Source of the DNA: an uncultured bacterium | Lineage (GTDB): Bacteria > Chlamydiota > Chlamydiia > Chlamydiales > SM23-39 | NCBI GenBank assembly: GCA_964594545.1 | Contig: CAZQNB010000004.1 | Location: 6,511 to 67,822, forward strand | Reading direction: 5' to 3' | DNA length: 61,312 bases | Shown: in pieces, positions 35,902-45,162 of the stretch | Layout of the letters: each line of letters starts with the position of its first letter | How positions within the stretch are numbered: the stretch's first letter is position 1 | Made by a program: the position numbers and the translations under genes | The notes under the pieces: generated by a model | What the model was told of the DNA's origin: nothing | Seen by the model: the letters and a program-made list of their open reading frames with translations, nothing else | Database searches by the model: none

Positions 35902-36621
35902 ATGAGCGATCATTACTTAAAATTTGAAAACGGAAAACTGATTTCCGCAATTGACGATACGCCGCCATCTGAAGCTGCCCTGTTTATTCATACGCAGTAT
36001 CGGAATATGATTCTTTCCCCTTCTTTCGCGTGCCCGGGCGCAAAAACAACGTTTCTTCAAGGAACCTACCGTTTTGGCGTTTTCGATGTCATGGGAACAA
36101 AAGAAACGGCCCATGCGCTCGGAGATAGTTTGCGCAGATTCATTGCAGATCGAGCAACTTGGAATACCATGTTTACAGGGTTTGTCTCTTGTTATAAAGA
36201 ACCGATCCCCATGAGCCAGGAACAATTTGCCCGCGGGTTGTGGCAGATGCTGCAAGAACTGCATGTCAATGATCTCTCAGAATGGGATCCGCTTACTTCC
36301 GCAGATCCGGAATCTCCCGACTTTGCGTTTAGCTTTGGCGGCATGTCATTTTTTATTGCCGGCATGCACTCAGGAAGCCCCCGTTTCACAAGGCGTTTTG
36401 CTTGGCCCACACTCAACTTCAACGCGCACGAACAATTTAGACATCTGAGAAGTGAAGGCATTTTTGAGAAATTCAGAGATAAAGTGAGAGAGAGGGATAC
36501 CAAACTCCAAGGATATGTCAATCCGGTATCAACAGAATTTGGAAACATCTCAGAAGCCATTCAATATACAGGGCAAATACAAAACCCCGAGTGGAAGTGC
36601 CCTTTTCATAAAAAACAATAA
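35902..36621 (+). CDS. YqcI/YcgG family protein (family includes heme-dependent guanidino N-hydroxylase GntA)
   Basis: FACPGAKTTF and FAFSFGGMSFFIAGMHSGSPRFTRRFAWPTLNFNAHEQF match my recollection of the PF08892 pattern. Confidence 0.6.
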   Translation: MSDHYLKFENGKLISAIDDTPPSEAALFIHTQYRNMILSPSFACPGAKTTFLQGTYRFGVFDVMGTKETAHALGDSLRRFIADRATWNTMFTGFVSCYKEPIPMSQEQFARGLWQMLQELHVNDLSEWDPLTSADPESPDFAFSFGGMSFFIAGMHSGSPRFTRRFAWPTLNFNAHEQFRHLRSEGIFEKFRDKVRERDTKLQGYVNPVSTEFGNISEAIQYTGQIQNPEWKCPFHKKQ

Positions 36622-36634
36622 CAGGAGTGCAACA

Positions 36635-37315
36635 ATGCGATTCACAATTTCAAATGAAGCCCGAAATCTTATCCCCAACCCGGTCGTCTGTTTGTTTGAT
36701 CATACACAGATCAAACCTCCAGGGGACTGTCCAGAATACAACCCTCTCATTGCTTCCGCCATGTCTGATCTTGCGGGCATTCGAGAGCGACACTTAAAGA
36801 CACCTGAAGTACAAGGATTCCGCAAACTCTATCCTGCCGAGCCCGCCGGAGAAAGACTTTTGAGAGTCGTTGAAGAAAGAAAAGAGTTTCGCAGATACAA
36901 CAATCTTGTTGATGCAATCAATATCGCTTCACTTACAACCATCACCCCTCTTGGCTCACATGATGCAAGAGACGTAAACGAAAATACGGAATTACACTTG
37001 AAACTTGCGGACGGTACAGAACAACTCGTCCCCTCGTTTCAAAAGAAAAAAAAGACTATACCCAAGGACGAAGTCACATATGGTTTGAAAACAGAAACCT
37101 CGTTTACCCCCCTTGCTTGGCTCGGCACACAAGATGTCGATAATAGAGACTTCCAAATCAAAGAAGATACAACCCGTTTCCTTGTGACCGTTATCGGGCA
37201 CAGAGAAACGTCTCAAGAACACAATGTCGGGATAGCTCACCGGATCAACGAATTGATCCAAATGAGCTGTCCTCTTGCGCAGATGACATTGCTTATGCCA
37301 GAATCGGCTCCATAG
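36635..37315 (+). CDS. B3/B4 tRNA-binding-domain-like protein
   Basis: AGGAG is 7 nt upstream of ATG 36635. NNLVDAINIASLTTITPLGSHDARDV...LHLKLADG resembles the stand-alone B3/4 domain family. Confidence 0.55.
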   Translation: MRFTISNEARNLIPNPVVCLFDHTQIKPPGDCPEYNPLIASAMSDLAGIRERHLKTPEVQGFRKLYPAEPAGERLLRVVEERKEFRRYNNLVDAINIASLTTITPLGSHDARDVNENTELHLKLADGTEQLVPSFQKKKKTIPKDEVTYGLKTETSFTPLAWLGTQDVDNRDFQIKEDTTRFLVTVIGHRETSQEHNVGIAHRINELIQMSCPLAQMTLLMPESAP

Positions 37316-38171
37316 CCTGCAAGATCTGCAAAACATATTGGAGCGACTGACCCTCCTGATCTAAGGGAGGGTTAAACTCCACAAATTCAAAAGCAATGGG
37401 AGGATTCTCGTTAAACAAGGCGCAATTTTCCAAAAACTCTTCCGGGTCCGGGCCCCCTTTCTCAGGAGTTCCCGTCGCAGACATCTTTGATGGATCAAAA
37501 AAGTCGATATCCATTGAAATTCCGTAACGGATATTTCTTGTAGAGAAATTACTCAAAATCTCCTCTAAAATCGCCTTCAACCCTCTTTCCTTCACCTCTT
37601 CGGCGTAATAGACGCGGACACCCAATCTTTCTAAAAGCTGCCTCTCCGGAGTCTCGTAACTTCGAATCCCGATTAAAAAGAGATTTTCCGGCTTTACTTT
37701 AGGACGATTTGAAAGAATGTGAGTGAGTTTAGAAGAGCCTTCTCCAAGCAACGCAGCAAGAGGCATCCCGTGAGGATTGCCCGATTCGCTCGTATCCACT
37801 GTATGAGAATCCATGTGCGCATCAAACCAAAGCAAACCCATCTCTTCGCCAAGCAGGTGTCTTGCCTCAGAAACACCGGACCAAGTGCCCACCGCGCAAG
37901 AATGATCCCCCCCAATAGAAATCAAGGACGAATTTTCATTTGCCATCTTAAAACTCGCTTGAGCGAATTCTTGATTTAACTTGGAAATCTGCTCTAACTT
38001 ATCTGTAGAGGACAAGTCACAAGAAATCATTGCTTCCCATCTTCGATCCGATAATTTCGATTGAATGAGAAGAGGCCCCCCGCCGCTTCCTGCGTGACTT
38101 CCGCCAAGACCTGAGGCCAAACCAATATATGGAATTACTTTTAATTTCGTTTTTTTAATTACAGTTGTCAT
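37293..38171 (-). CDS. ureohydrolase (arginase/agmatinase/formiminoglutamase family)
   Basis: Mn-binding motifs SIGGDHS, FDAHMDSHT and SMDIDFFDP. Confidence 0.85.
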   Translation of the reverse strand: MTTVIKKTKLKVIPYIGLASGLGGSHAGSGGGPLLIQSKLSDRRWEAMISCDLSSTDKLEQISKLNQEFAQASFKMANENSSLISIGGDHSCAVGTWSGVSEARHLLGEEMGLLWFDAHMDSHTVDTSESGNPHGMPLAALLGEGSSKLTHILSNRPKVKPENLFLIGIRSYETPERQLLERLGVRVYYAEEVKERGLKAILEEILSNFSTRNIRYGISMDIDFFDPSKMSATGTPEKGGPDPEEFLENCALFNENPPIAFEFVEFNPPLDQEGQSLQYVLQILQAMEPILA

Positions 38172-38178
38172 AACAATC

Positions 38179-39063
38179 TCAAATTTTTATTTCTAAAGAT
38201 ATCTTTTTCGCAATCCTTGCCTTTACAAGCTCCAAATAAACGATACTGAAAAGGATAATGGCTCCTCCGCACAAAATGAATGCATTGGGAAGTGATCTCG
38301 TAATGATCGCATCAAAAAATGCAGCAAAAGCAGGTTCCAAGCTAAAAATCAACGCCGCACTCTGGACCGAAACATATTTTTGATGTTTCGACTGCAACGC
38401 AATGGCTAGCACGGTACAAATAAAACTGCAGGCAAAAAGAATCCCGGCTCCATGAAGACTCATAAAAGGAGCAAAATGAAAATCCCCAAATAGCATGCAG
38501 GGAATCCACGAAAAAAGCGCTGTCATCACAATCTGTGAGTACGCAAGCATGTAAGGATCAGCAAATTGTTTTGAGAGCTTTCCGATATAAACAATGGATA
38601 CGGCAATACAAATAGCGCCCGCAAAAATCCACCCGTCTCCTCGCGTCATCGCTCCAAGATCGCATCCCATGAGAACGTAAACGCCAAAACAACAAATCAA
38701 CGCGCTGAAAAAATCATGCTTCCCCGGCCGTCCCATCTTAAATAAAGGCGCCATCAAAGGAATCATCAACACATATAAGCTCGTTAAAAAAGCCGCCCTT
38801 GATGAGCCCACTGTTTGCAGTCCAATTGTCTGGGTCAAAAATGCCCCGCAATGGACGATCCCAAGAAAAATACCCCCAAGAAAAATCTCTTTGGTAAGCC
38901 CCCTGATAAAGTAGGGTAAAATAGGGAGCGCAGCCAAAGTAAATCGAAGAGAGACAAAAAGAAAAGGGTCCTGCGTTTTCATCGATTCTGTGATCAAAGG
39001 AAACGTCAGACCCCAAATCGCGGCAACCAGTGTAAGATAAAATAGGGAGATCTTTTGCTGCAT
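38179..39063 (-). CDS. EamA/DMT family transporter
   Basis: 10-TM profile and LVAAIWGLTFPL start pattern. ATG 39063 is preferred over the longer track ORF. Confidence 0.75.
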   Translation of the reverse strand: MQQKISLFYLTLVAAIWGLTFPLITESMKTQDPFLFVSLRFTLAALPILPYFIRGLTKEIFLGGIFLGIVHCGAFLTQTIGLQTVGSSRAAFLTSLYVLMIPLMAPLFKMGRPGKHDFFSALICCFGVYVLMGCDLGAMTRGDGWIFAGAICIAVSIVYIGKLSKQFADPYMLAYSQIVMTALFSWIPCMLFGDFHFAPFMSLHGAGILFACSFICTVLAIALQSKHQKYVSVQSAALIFSLEPAFAAFFDAIITRSLPNAFILCGGAIILFSIVYLELVKARIAKKISLEIKI

Positions 39064-39230
39064 AACGGGAGGATTCTGCCCTATTTTTGGATAAAATAAC
39101 AAGGATTTTCCAAAAGGAACCGACCAACAGTAACTCTTGCAGTTATGTAAACAATTAAATTGATATTGACTAGTTAATTTATATATTGTTAATATATAAC
39201 TTTTACAATTAACAATATTGAGATTTTATC

Positions 39231-40271
39231 ATGATACAGCAACACAACCCCTATCCAACTCCACCCCGCTCCCCTTCCCCTTGTTGTGTTTGCGAACATC
39301 ATTCCGAGATCCCCTCTACTCTCGAGTCTCTAGATCAAATGATCTCTGGAATATGGGAAAGATTACGTTTTATTGACCGTTCTCAACACGCATTCCATCT
39401 AAGGTTAGAGGGGGTTGCAGTAACGAGTGAAGAGCAAAACAAAACATTCGAGGACCAATTCGAGGAAATAAATCGTCGAATAGAACAGATTCCGAAGCCG
39501 TCTGCCCCTGACCATACAGAAGAGTTAGAAGGATTGCGCAAGGAACTTGCAGAATCGAAGAAAATAATCCAAGATCTGAAAATCAATAACGAACAGCAAG
39601 ATAAACGCATCTTATCACTAGAAGCAACCAATAAAGCTTTGGTCAATCAAATTTCTCAATTGTTCCACCGAATGACCCTTCTCGAAGAAAAAACAGGAAG
39701 AAACAACAATCATTGGGAAGCTGTACACGCAAAGAGAGGATCAGAACACGCAGACCTCGTAAATGCCCTTGCGCGATTAACCTCTCAAACAGAACAAAAC
39801 CGTGTGGATCAAAATACTCAAGTCAACTCGCTACAACAAGCTGTGCAACAATTAGGAAAACTGTTAAAGCCAACTGAACCGGCACAACCGGCCCATAGAG
39901 CGAAGACAAAGCCAACACCCAACGACGGTGACGATAAACTATTGTCAGAATTTAAAGCAGCGCAACCTCCAGCTAAGACAAAAAGTAAACCCACCGAAAA
40001 AAAGGAGCACACAGCGCTTAAAACTTTGCACGCTTTGACTCAATTCTTAAACAATCCAGATCAATCCGATTTTACTTTAGAAACACGAGACCTACTTACA
40101 GAACAACTTTGCAAGGAACATTCAAAAACTATAACCGCTGCATTCTTACAAGCACGACAAGAAGGCCTTCTAACAGAGTTTTTCGGTAGAGCTAGACAAA
40201 ACGGATTCGAACTGGTCTTGTCCCACAAAACTAGACACGAAGTCTATGTTATTCCCGCCCCAACACCTTGA
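39231..40271 (+). CDS. hypothetical coiled-coil protein
   Basis: 346-aa ORF after a very AT-rich upstream region. Pro/Ser/Cys-rich N-terminus, long heptad region, Lys/Pro-rich linker. Confidence 0.45.
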   Translation: MIQQHNPYPTPPRSPSPCCVCEHHSEIPSTLESLDQMISGIWERLRFIDRSQHAFHLRLEGVAVTSEEQNKTFEDQFEEINRRIEQIPKPSAPDHTEELEGLRKELAESKKIIQDLKINNEQQDKRILSLEATNKALVNQISQLFHRMTLLEEKTGRNNNHWEAVHAKRGSEHADLVNALARLTSQTEQNRVDQNTQVNSLQQAVQQLGKLLKPTEPAQPAHRAKTKPTPNDGDDKLLSEFKAAQPPAKTKSKPTEKKEHTALKTLHALTQFLNNPDQSDFTLETRDLLTEQLCKEHSKTITAAFLQARQEGLLTEFFGRARQNGFELVLSHKTRHEVYVIPAPTP

Positions 40272-41490
40272 TCTGTTTAAAACTCAAGGAAGCAATCACA
40301 AAAAAGCTCAAAAAGGCTAAAAACATCCAATACCACGCAACGCTTCCGAGCGTCCCTGTTTTTTGAAAGCACCAGAGAGAGATCGCGGCAGTCGGTCCCC
40401 CAAAAAGTTGCGATCCTAGAGCGTAACCAAAAGAAATAATTAGGTACCTGCTTTTCATGGGAACAAAGTTTTGCGCCCAAGAATGAAAAGGGGCGCAGAA
40501 TGCAACGCCGGACAATACAAAAAAGATCCGAACAAAAATAATAGTGACAAACGTTGCTTGAGACAGGAGCATACATGCGGGTATCGATCCCGTTAGAATA
40601 CAAAAACAAGCGATCAACATCATTTTTTCTCGAGAAATCTTTGATGAAAGCCATCCAAAAAAAGGCAACGCGCAAAAATCCAAAGCAAGGAGAAACGTAT
40701 TTACGCTTAACATTTCTGCTTTAGAAAATGGGGTCACAAGCGGGATGAGACCATTCATTAAAACTAAGGAAATTGAGTAGTTTGCATAGCTAAAACCTGC
40801 CACAATCATAATGGCCAAGAGGTATCTTTTATTCTCGAAAAGATCTTTCCCTAAATTCCTTGCCGATTCTCGAAATGAAATCTGTTTTATCGTATGCATT
40901 TGTTTTGACTGCCATCGGATCATGCATCCAAAAAAAGTTGTTACACATCCAATGAGATAAAGAACGCGCCATAGAGAGGAAACAGCGTCAAAGAGGCTTA
41001 AAATAGCAACAGCTGAAGACGCCAGGAGGATACCTCCGATTGTTGACGAGCCGTACGCCCCACTTAAAAGATCGTGCCGCTTTTCATCTACGTTTTCTAA
41101 AAGATAAATGGCTCCGCCCATGACCTCTCCGGAGGCGAAAAAATTTTGCAAAATCCGCCCCATACAAAAAATCAACGGGGCTAAAATTCCCCCTTGCGCA
41201 TAGGTAGGACTCAGGGCTGTCATAAAAGAAACTATTCCCATCCCCAAAAAGGTGATGAAAAGAGCGTAGCCCCTCCCATTTCGATCTCCAATATAGCCAA
41301 AAAAAAGAGCTCCAAAAGGACGGGCAAGCATCCCTAAAGGGATCATCGCATAGGTCAATATCAATGCGGTCAGAGGCTCTTGAGACGGGAAAATCAATGG
41401 GGCAAAAAATGGAGCTAAGAAACTAAAAAGGGCGGCGTCGTAATGTTCGAAAAGATTCCCTAAACAGGAATTCCAAAATGTATTCTTCAT
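40249..41490 (-). CDS. MFS transporter, metabolite:H+ symporter (ProP-like) family
   Basis: FEHYDAALFSF and GALFFGYIGDRNGRGYAL motifs. GGGAGAG Shine-Dalgarno sequence before ATG 41490. Confidence 0.8.
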   Translation of the reverse strand: MKNTFWNSCLGNLFEHYDAALFSFLAPFFAPLIFPSQEPLTALILTYAMIPLGMLARPFGALFFGYIGDRNGRGYALFITFLGMGIVSFMTALSPTYAQGGILAPLIFCMGRILQNFFASGEVMGGAIYLLENVDEKRHDLLSGAYGSSTIGGILLASSAVAILSLFDAVSSLWRVLYLIGCVTTFFGCMIRWQSKQMHTIKQISFRESARNLGKDLFENKRYLLAIMIVAGFSYANYSISLVLMNGLIPLVTPFSKAEMLSVNTFLLALDFCALPFFGWLSSKISREKMMLIACFCILTGSIPACMLLSQATFVTIIFVRIFFVLSGVAFCAPFHSWAQNFVPMKSRYLIISFGYALGSQLFGGPTAAISLWCFQKTGTLGSVAWYWMFLAFLSFFVIASLSFKQIKVLGRE

Positions 41491-41593
41491 ACACTCTCCC
41501 TCCGCCGGCATTACCCGGATCAGGTGTTTTAAAAGGGTATTTCTCAGCTAAATGAACATTTTTGAGAAACGTTTAATTAGCACCCCTGGTGTT

Positions 41594-41761
41594 TATACCG
41601 ATCGTAATTGAACAATCGGCGTTTGGACGGGTTCAAAGCGCCGAAAATCAATTAAAAAAAAGAGGGCTGTATTCATTCAATACTGCCCTCTTTTTTTTAA
41701 TTGATTTATCGGCAGCTTTCAATCCCGTCCAAACGCCGATTCTTCAATCACGAGCGGTATA
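41594..41761. repeat. 168-bp palindromic element (TATACCG...CGGTATA family), about 75-nt arms
   Basis: Left arm TATACCGATCGTAATTGAACAATCGGCGTTTGGACGGGTTCAAAGCGCCGAAAATCAATTAAAAAAAAGAGGGC. Loop TGTATTCATTCAATAC. The right arm is its near-perfect reverse complement. Confidence 0.9.
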
Positions 41762-41798
41762 TTCTTTGGGATTATGATGAAGGCGATCTTGATTGATT

Positions 41799-42344
41799 TC
41801 AAGTTCTTTCTAAGCGCAATCTACGGCGCATTTCGGCAGCTTCATACCTGCGGATTTGATCCTCGGTTTCGGGGATCACGGGAAGGACCGGAATCGGATG
41901 ATGATCGTCATCAATTGCTACGAAAGTAAAATAGGCAGTCAAAATATCTTTTTGCTCCAAGGTGCGGAAATCCTCAGACAAAATTTTAACACCCACTTCT
42001 AATGAGGTTTTCCAAGCTCGATTGACTGAAGATCTGCAAATTAGAATATCGCCTCTTCGCGCGGGATTAATGAACCGAACAGAGTCAATGGCCAAGGTCA
42101 CACAGACCAACCCGGAGTGTCTTTTAGATACGATCGCGGCTAAATTATCAGCGATTTGCAAAGCTCTACCGCCAAATAATGTTCCATGAGGATTTAAATC
42201 GTTTGGGAAAACTTCAACGACTTGGTCAATGATTGCAGAGACTGATACAGACTTGCCTTCCATAATCTCCCCATAACAAGGGAAGATATAAAGAGCAAAT
42301 AATAAAAAAAGCGATGAGGGCAAGAAAAAGCCTCTCATCGCCAT
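41799..42344 (-). CDS. acyl-CoA thioesterase (hotdog fold)
   Basis: FPNDLNPHGTLFGGRALQIADNLAA, SVRFINPARRGD and SLEVGVKI. Hydrophobic N-terminal leader, or an internal start at MEGKS. Confidence 0.75.
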   Translation of the reverse strand: MAMRGFFLPSSLFLLFALYIFPCYGEIMEGKSVSVSAIIDQVVEVFPNDLNPHGTLFGGRALQIADNLAAIVSKRHSGLVCVTLAIDSVRFINPARRGDILICRSSVNRAWKTSLEVGVKILSEDFRTLEQKDILTAYFTFVAIDDDHHPIPVLPVIPETEDQIRRYEAAEMRRRLRLERT

Positions 42345-42355
42345 ATAAGAAAGAA

Positions 42356-42751
42356 TTATCGTTTTGAGAACTGGAAGCGTTTACGGGCTTTCTTACGTCC
42401 GTATTTCTTACGTTCTTTTTTACGTGAATCCCGTGTGAGATATCCAAGTTGGCTCAAATCTCCACGAATCGTTTCATCGTTTTCCAAAAGAGCTCTGCTA
42501 ATCCCGAGTCGGGTTGCAACTGCTTGAGCCTCAAGGCCCCCACCTTTTACACGAATCACGAGATCCGTTTTCGTTGGATCTGAAAATTTTGCTAATGGAG
42601 CGAGAATCAAATCGCGCTGCAATTGAAGAGGAAAATATTCTTCAAAACCGCGTCCGTTTACGTCGATGATCCCAGATCCTCTTCGTACTCGTACTGAGGA
42701 AACTGCGGTCTTTCTTCGGCCTACTCCAATTGTCTCATTATCTTTATGCAT
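42356..42751 (-). CDS. rpsI: 30S ribosomal protein S9
   Basis: [18 protein letters not shown] and C-terminal [12 protein letters not shown]. Confidence 0.95.
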   Translation of the reverse strand: MHKDNETIGVGRRKTAVSSVRVRRGSGIIDVNGRGFEEYFPLQLQRDLILAPLAKFSDPTKTDLVIRVKGGGLEAQAVATRLGISRALLENDETIRGDLSQLGYLTRDSRKKERKKYGRKKARKRFQFSKR

Positions 42752-42762
42752 GGGTCGGATCC

Positions 42763-43209
42763 TTAAATGTTAACAGGGGTTGGATTTTGCGCTTGCATTG
42801 AGTGGTCAGAACCTACAAAAATTCGTAGTTTCTTGACTTGCTGATCGCCTAAACGGGTCTTCGGCATCATCCCTTCAATTGCTCTTTTCAAGATATAAGC
42901 AGGTCTTCGGGCTCTCATCGTTCCTAAAGGAACTTCTCTCTGTCCACCGATAAATCCAGTATAGCTCTTATAGATTTTGCGCGCTTCTTTCATCCCTGTA
43001 ACGGCAATCTTGTCCGCATTGATAATGACGACTCCGTCACCACAATCGACGTTAGATGTAAACTCAGGGCGGTGCTTGCCTCGCAATATCTTTGCGATTT
43101 CCGCCGAAAAACGTCCTAGGGTCTTCCCCTTGGCATCGAACAGAAACCACTTTCTCGAACCGAGCGCCTGGGCTTTTGTTAAAATAGAGGTCTTTTGCTT
43201 GTGATTCAT
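42763..43209 (-). CDS. rplM: 50S ribosomal protein L13
   Basis: [27 protein letters not shown] and [16 protein letters not shown]. Confidence 0.95.
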   Translation of the reverse strand: MNHKQKTSILTKAQALGSRKWFLFDAKGKTLGRFSAEIAKILRGKHRPEFTSNVDCGDGVVIINADKIAVTGMKEARKIYKSYTGFIGGQREVPLGTMRARRPAYILKRAIEGMMPKTRLGDQQVKKLRIFVGSDHSMQAQNPTPVNI

Positions 43210-43351
43210 ACTCAGAAACCTTTTAAACTAAATCGAAATAGCAGGATATCTCATTTCCTCTATTTTTCGAAAGAGTTTTTTCTTCGCCCATCAAATATCT
43301 CCTTTTCAGCTTGCAAAAGAGAGCCTATCTCATATACAATACCCCCCCAAT

Positions 43352-44689
43352 ATGATGCGCGAACCAAAAACTTATTTTATCCGTACCTACGGTTGCCAGA
43401 TGAACGAGCTCGACACCCAGATCATGACGGGGCAGCTCGAAAAGCGGGGTCTTACCTCTATCGATGATGAAGAGACGGCCGACCTCCTGATCTATAACAC
43501 CTGTTCTATCCGGGACCTTGCCGAAAGGAAGGTCATGGGGAAGCTCGGCCAGTTGGGCAGGGGAAAGAAAAAGCACATCATTGGCGTCACCGGCTGTATG
43601 GCGATGGCAAAAAAAGATTCGCTATTTAGAAAATTTCCTCACCTTGACTTCGTGGTCGGGACCAACAATATCACCGACCTCGGAATGGTTCTCGACGAAG
43701 TGCTCTATACCCAGCGCCAGGTCTATAAAACAGATGACCGATTTGAAGAAAATTTAGACTACCTCGTCGCAAAGAGGGACCATAAAATCAAAGCTTTTGT
43801 ATCGATTATCCGCGGCTGCGATAAGTTCTGCACCTACTGCGTCGTCCCCTATACCCGAGGCGGAGAGGTTTCAAGACCCCCTGAAAGTATTCTTGAAGAG
43901 TGTAAACAACTCGTAGATCAAGGATACAAAGAGATCACCCTTCTCGGCCAAAACGTCAATAGCTACGGGAAAGACAAACCTGAGTGGAATTGCCTTTTCC
44001 ACGATCTTCTCTATAAAATTGATAAAATTCCGGGCATGGAGCGGGTCCGATTTATCACCTCTCATCCGGTAGATATTACGCTCGATTTAATGCATGCCAT
44101 TAGAGATCTCCCCTCGCTTTGCGAATTTGTCCATTTCCCCATCCAAGCAGGATCGAATCGCATTTTGAAAAAAATGCACCGGATCTATACAAAAGAGCAA
44201 TATTTTGAGAAAGTCTCTCAACTCCGAAGCATTGTTCCTCATGTCTCTTTGGGCACCGATATCATCGTTGGATTCCCAACAGAAACCGAAGAAGAGTTTC
44301 TAGAGACCTATAATGCGATTAAAGACATCCGTTACTCTGTCGGATTCTTCTACGCCTACAGCCCTCGCAAAGGGACGCCCGCAATGCGCTGGAAAGACGA
44401 TATCCCTGAAGAGGTCAAGCAAGACCGCCTGCAACGCCTTCTCGACCTACAAGACAGGGTCGGGAACGAACTGCGTCAGGAGATGCTTGGGAAAACATAC
44501 GAAGTGCTTGTCGAAAGGCTCAATAAAGACCACAAGATGCTTAAAGGAAGAACAAGGTGCTGGAAGAAGGTCATTTTTGAAGGACCGGAAAACCTCATCG
44601 GCACTTTGCAACAAGTCAAAGTTCATAGTTATAGTTTTGAAACATTGATCGGAGAAATTGTTCCCACTCAAACCCTAAGGATTTTATGA
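43352..44689 (+). CDS. miaB: tRNA-2-methylthio-N6-dimethylallyladenosine synthase
   Basis: TYGCQMNELD, radical SAM CDKFCTYC, and a C-terminal TRAM-like domain. Confidence 0.85.
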   Translation: MMREPKTYFIRTYGCQMNELDTQIMTGQLEKRGLTSIDDEETADLLIYNTCSIRDLAERKVMGKLGQLGRGKKKHIIGVTGCMAMAKKDSLFRKFPHLDFVVGTNNITDLGMVLDEVLYTQRQVYKTDDRFEENLDYLVAKRDHKIKAFVSIIRGCDKFCTYCVVPYTRGGEVSRPPESILEECKQLVDQGYKEITLLGQNVNSYGKDKPEWNCLFHDLLYKIDKIPGMERVRFITSHPVDITLDLMHAIRDLPSLCEFVHFPIQAGSNRILKKMHRIYTKEQYFEKVSQLRSIVPHVSLGTDIIVGFPTETEEEFLETYNAIKDIRYSVGFFYAYSPRKGTPAMRWKDDIPEEVKQDRLQRLLDLQDRVGNELRQEMLGKTYEVLVERLNKDHKMLKGRTRCWKKVIFEGPENLIGTLQQVKVHSYSFETLIGEIVPTQTLRIL

Positions 44690-45162
44690 ATTCAGTTACG
44701 CTATTTCAACGCCATATACTCCCTTCTTTAGTTAACCTGGAGCTCGAAGAGGCAAGAGATAAAATCCAAATTGGCGCTACTGCTGCCCAAGTGATTTTCG
44801 GCATTGGCCTTACCCTTTCTGTCGTAAAAACAATTGGACAGGTCGGATCATTCCTGAATGGGGGATCCTTCTTTCTCCTTGCCTTTCATGCTTGCCAAGC
44901 AGTTGCATACCACGATCTTTTCCGCATTGCTTCTAATGTATCGTCTTTATTTAAAAGTGAAATCGTCAACCGTTATGCACACGCTTATCTAAAAAATGTG
45001 CCCCAAGTTTTCTCTTCTCTTTGCAACAAGAACCACGATTTAGGACATTCAATAAAAAAACTAAAAAGCTCTTTAAGTTTTATACGTGCTGTAACAGAAG
45101 ATACGCTGATCGCCCGTTGTTTCAACCGAGAAATCGCTAATTTTCTGGACCAGGAATATTGA
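44686..45162 (+). CDS. hypothetical membrane protein with bilobed hydrophobic domain (Inc-like)
   Basis: AAQVIFGIGLTLSVVKTIGQVGSFLNGGSFFLLAFHACQAVAY forms two adjacent TM segments with a short loop. ATGA overlap with the miaB stop. Confidence 0.4.
   Translation: MNSVTLFQRHILPSLVNLELEEARDKIQIGATAAQVIFGIGLTLSVVKTIGQVGSFLNGGSFFLLAFHACQAVAYHDLFRIASNVSSLFKSEIVNRYAHAYLKNVPQVFSSLCNKNHDLGHSIKKLKSSLSFIRAVTEDTLIARCFNREIANFLDQEY

Noticed and set aside
41589-41777. 62-aa ORF reading through the 168-bp palindromic element
   Set aside because: It is entirely repeat-encoded and has a GTG start with no ribosome-binding site. It is noted only as evidence that the element keeps a frame open.
43311-43340. TTGCAA-18 nt-TACAAT upstream of miaB
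   Set aside because: The hexamers are good, but the -10 element ends only 11 nt before the ATG. That leaves no room for a leader or Shine-Dalgarno sequence, and the spacer is 18 nt. I am too uncertain to list it as a feature, though it could be a leaderless arrangement.
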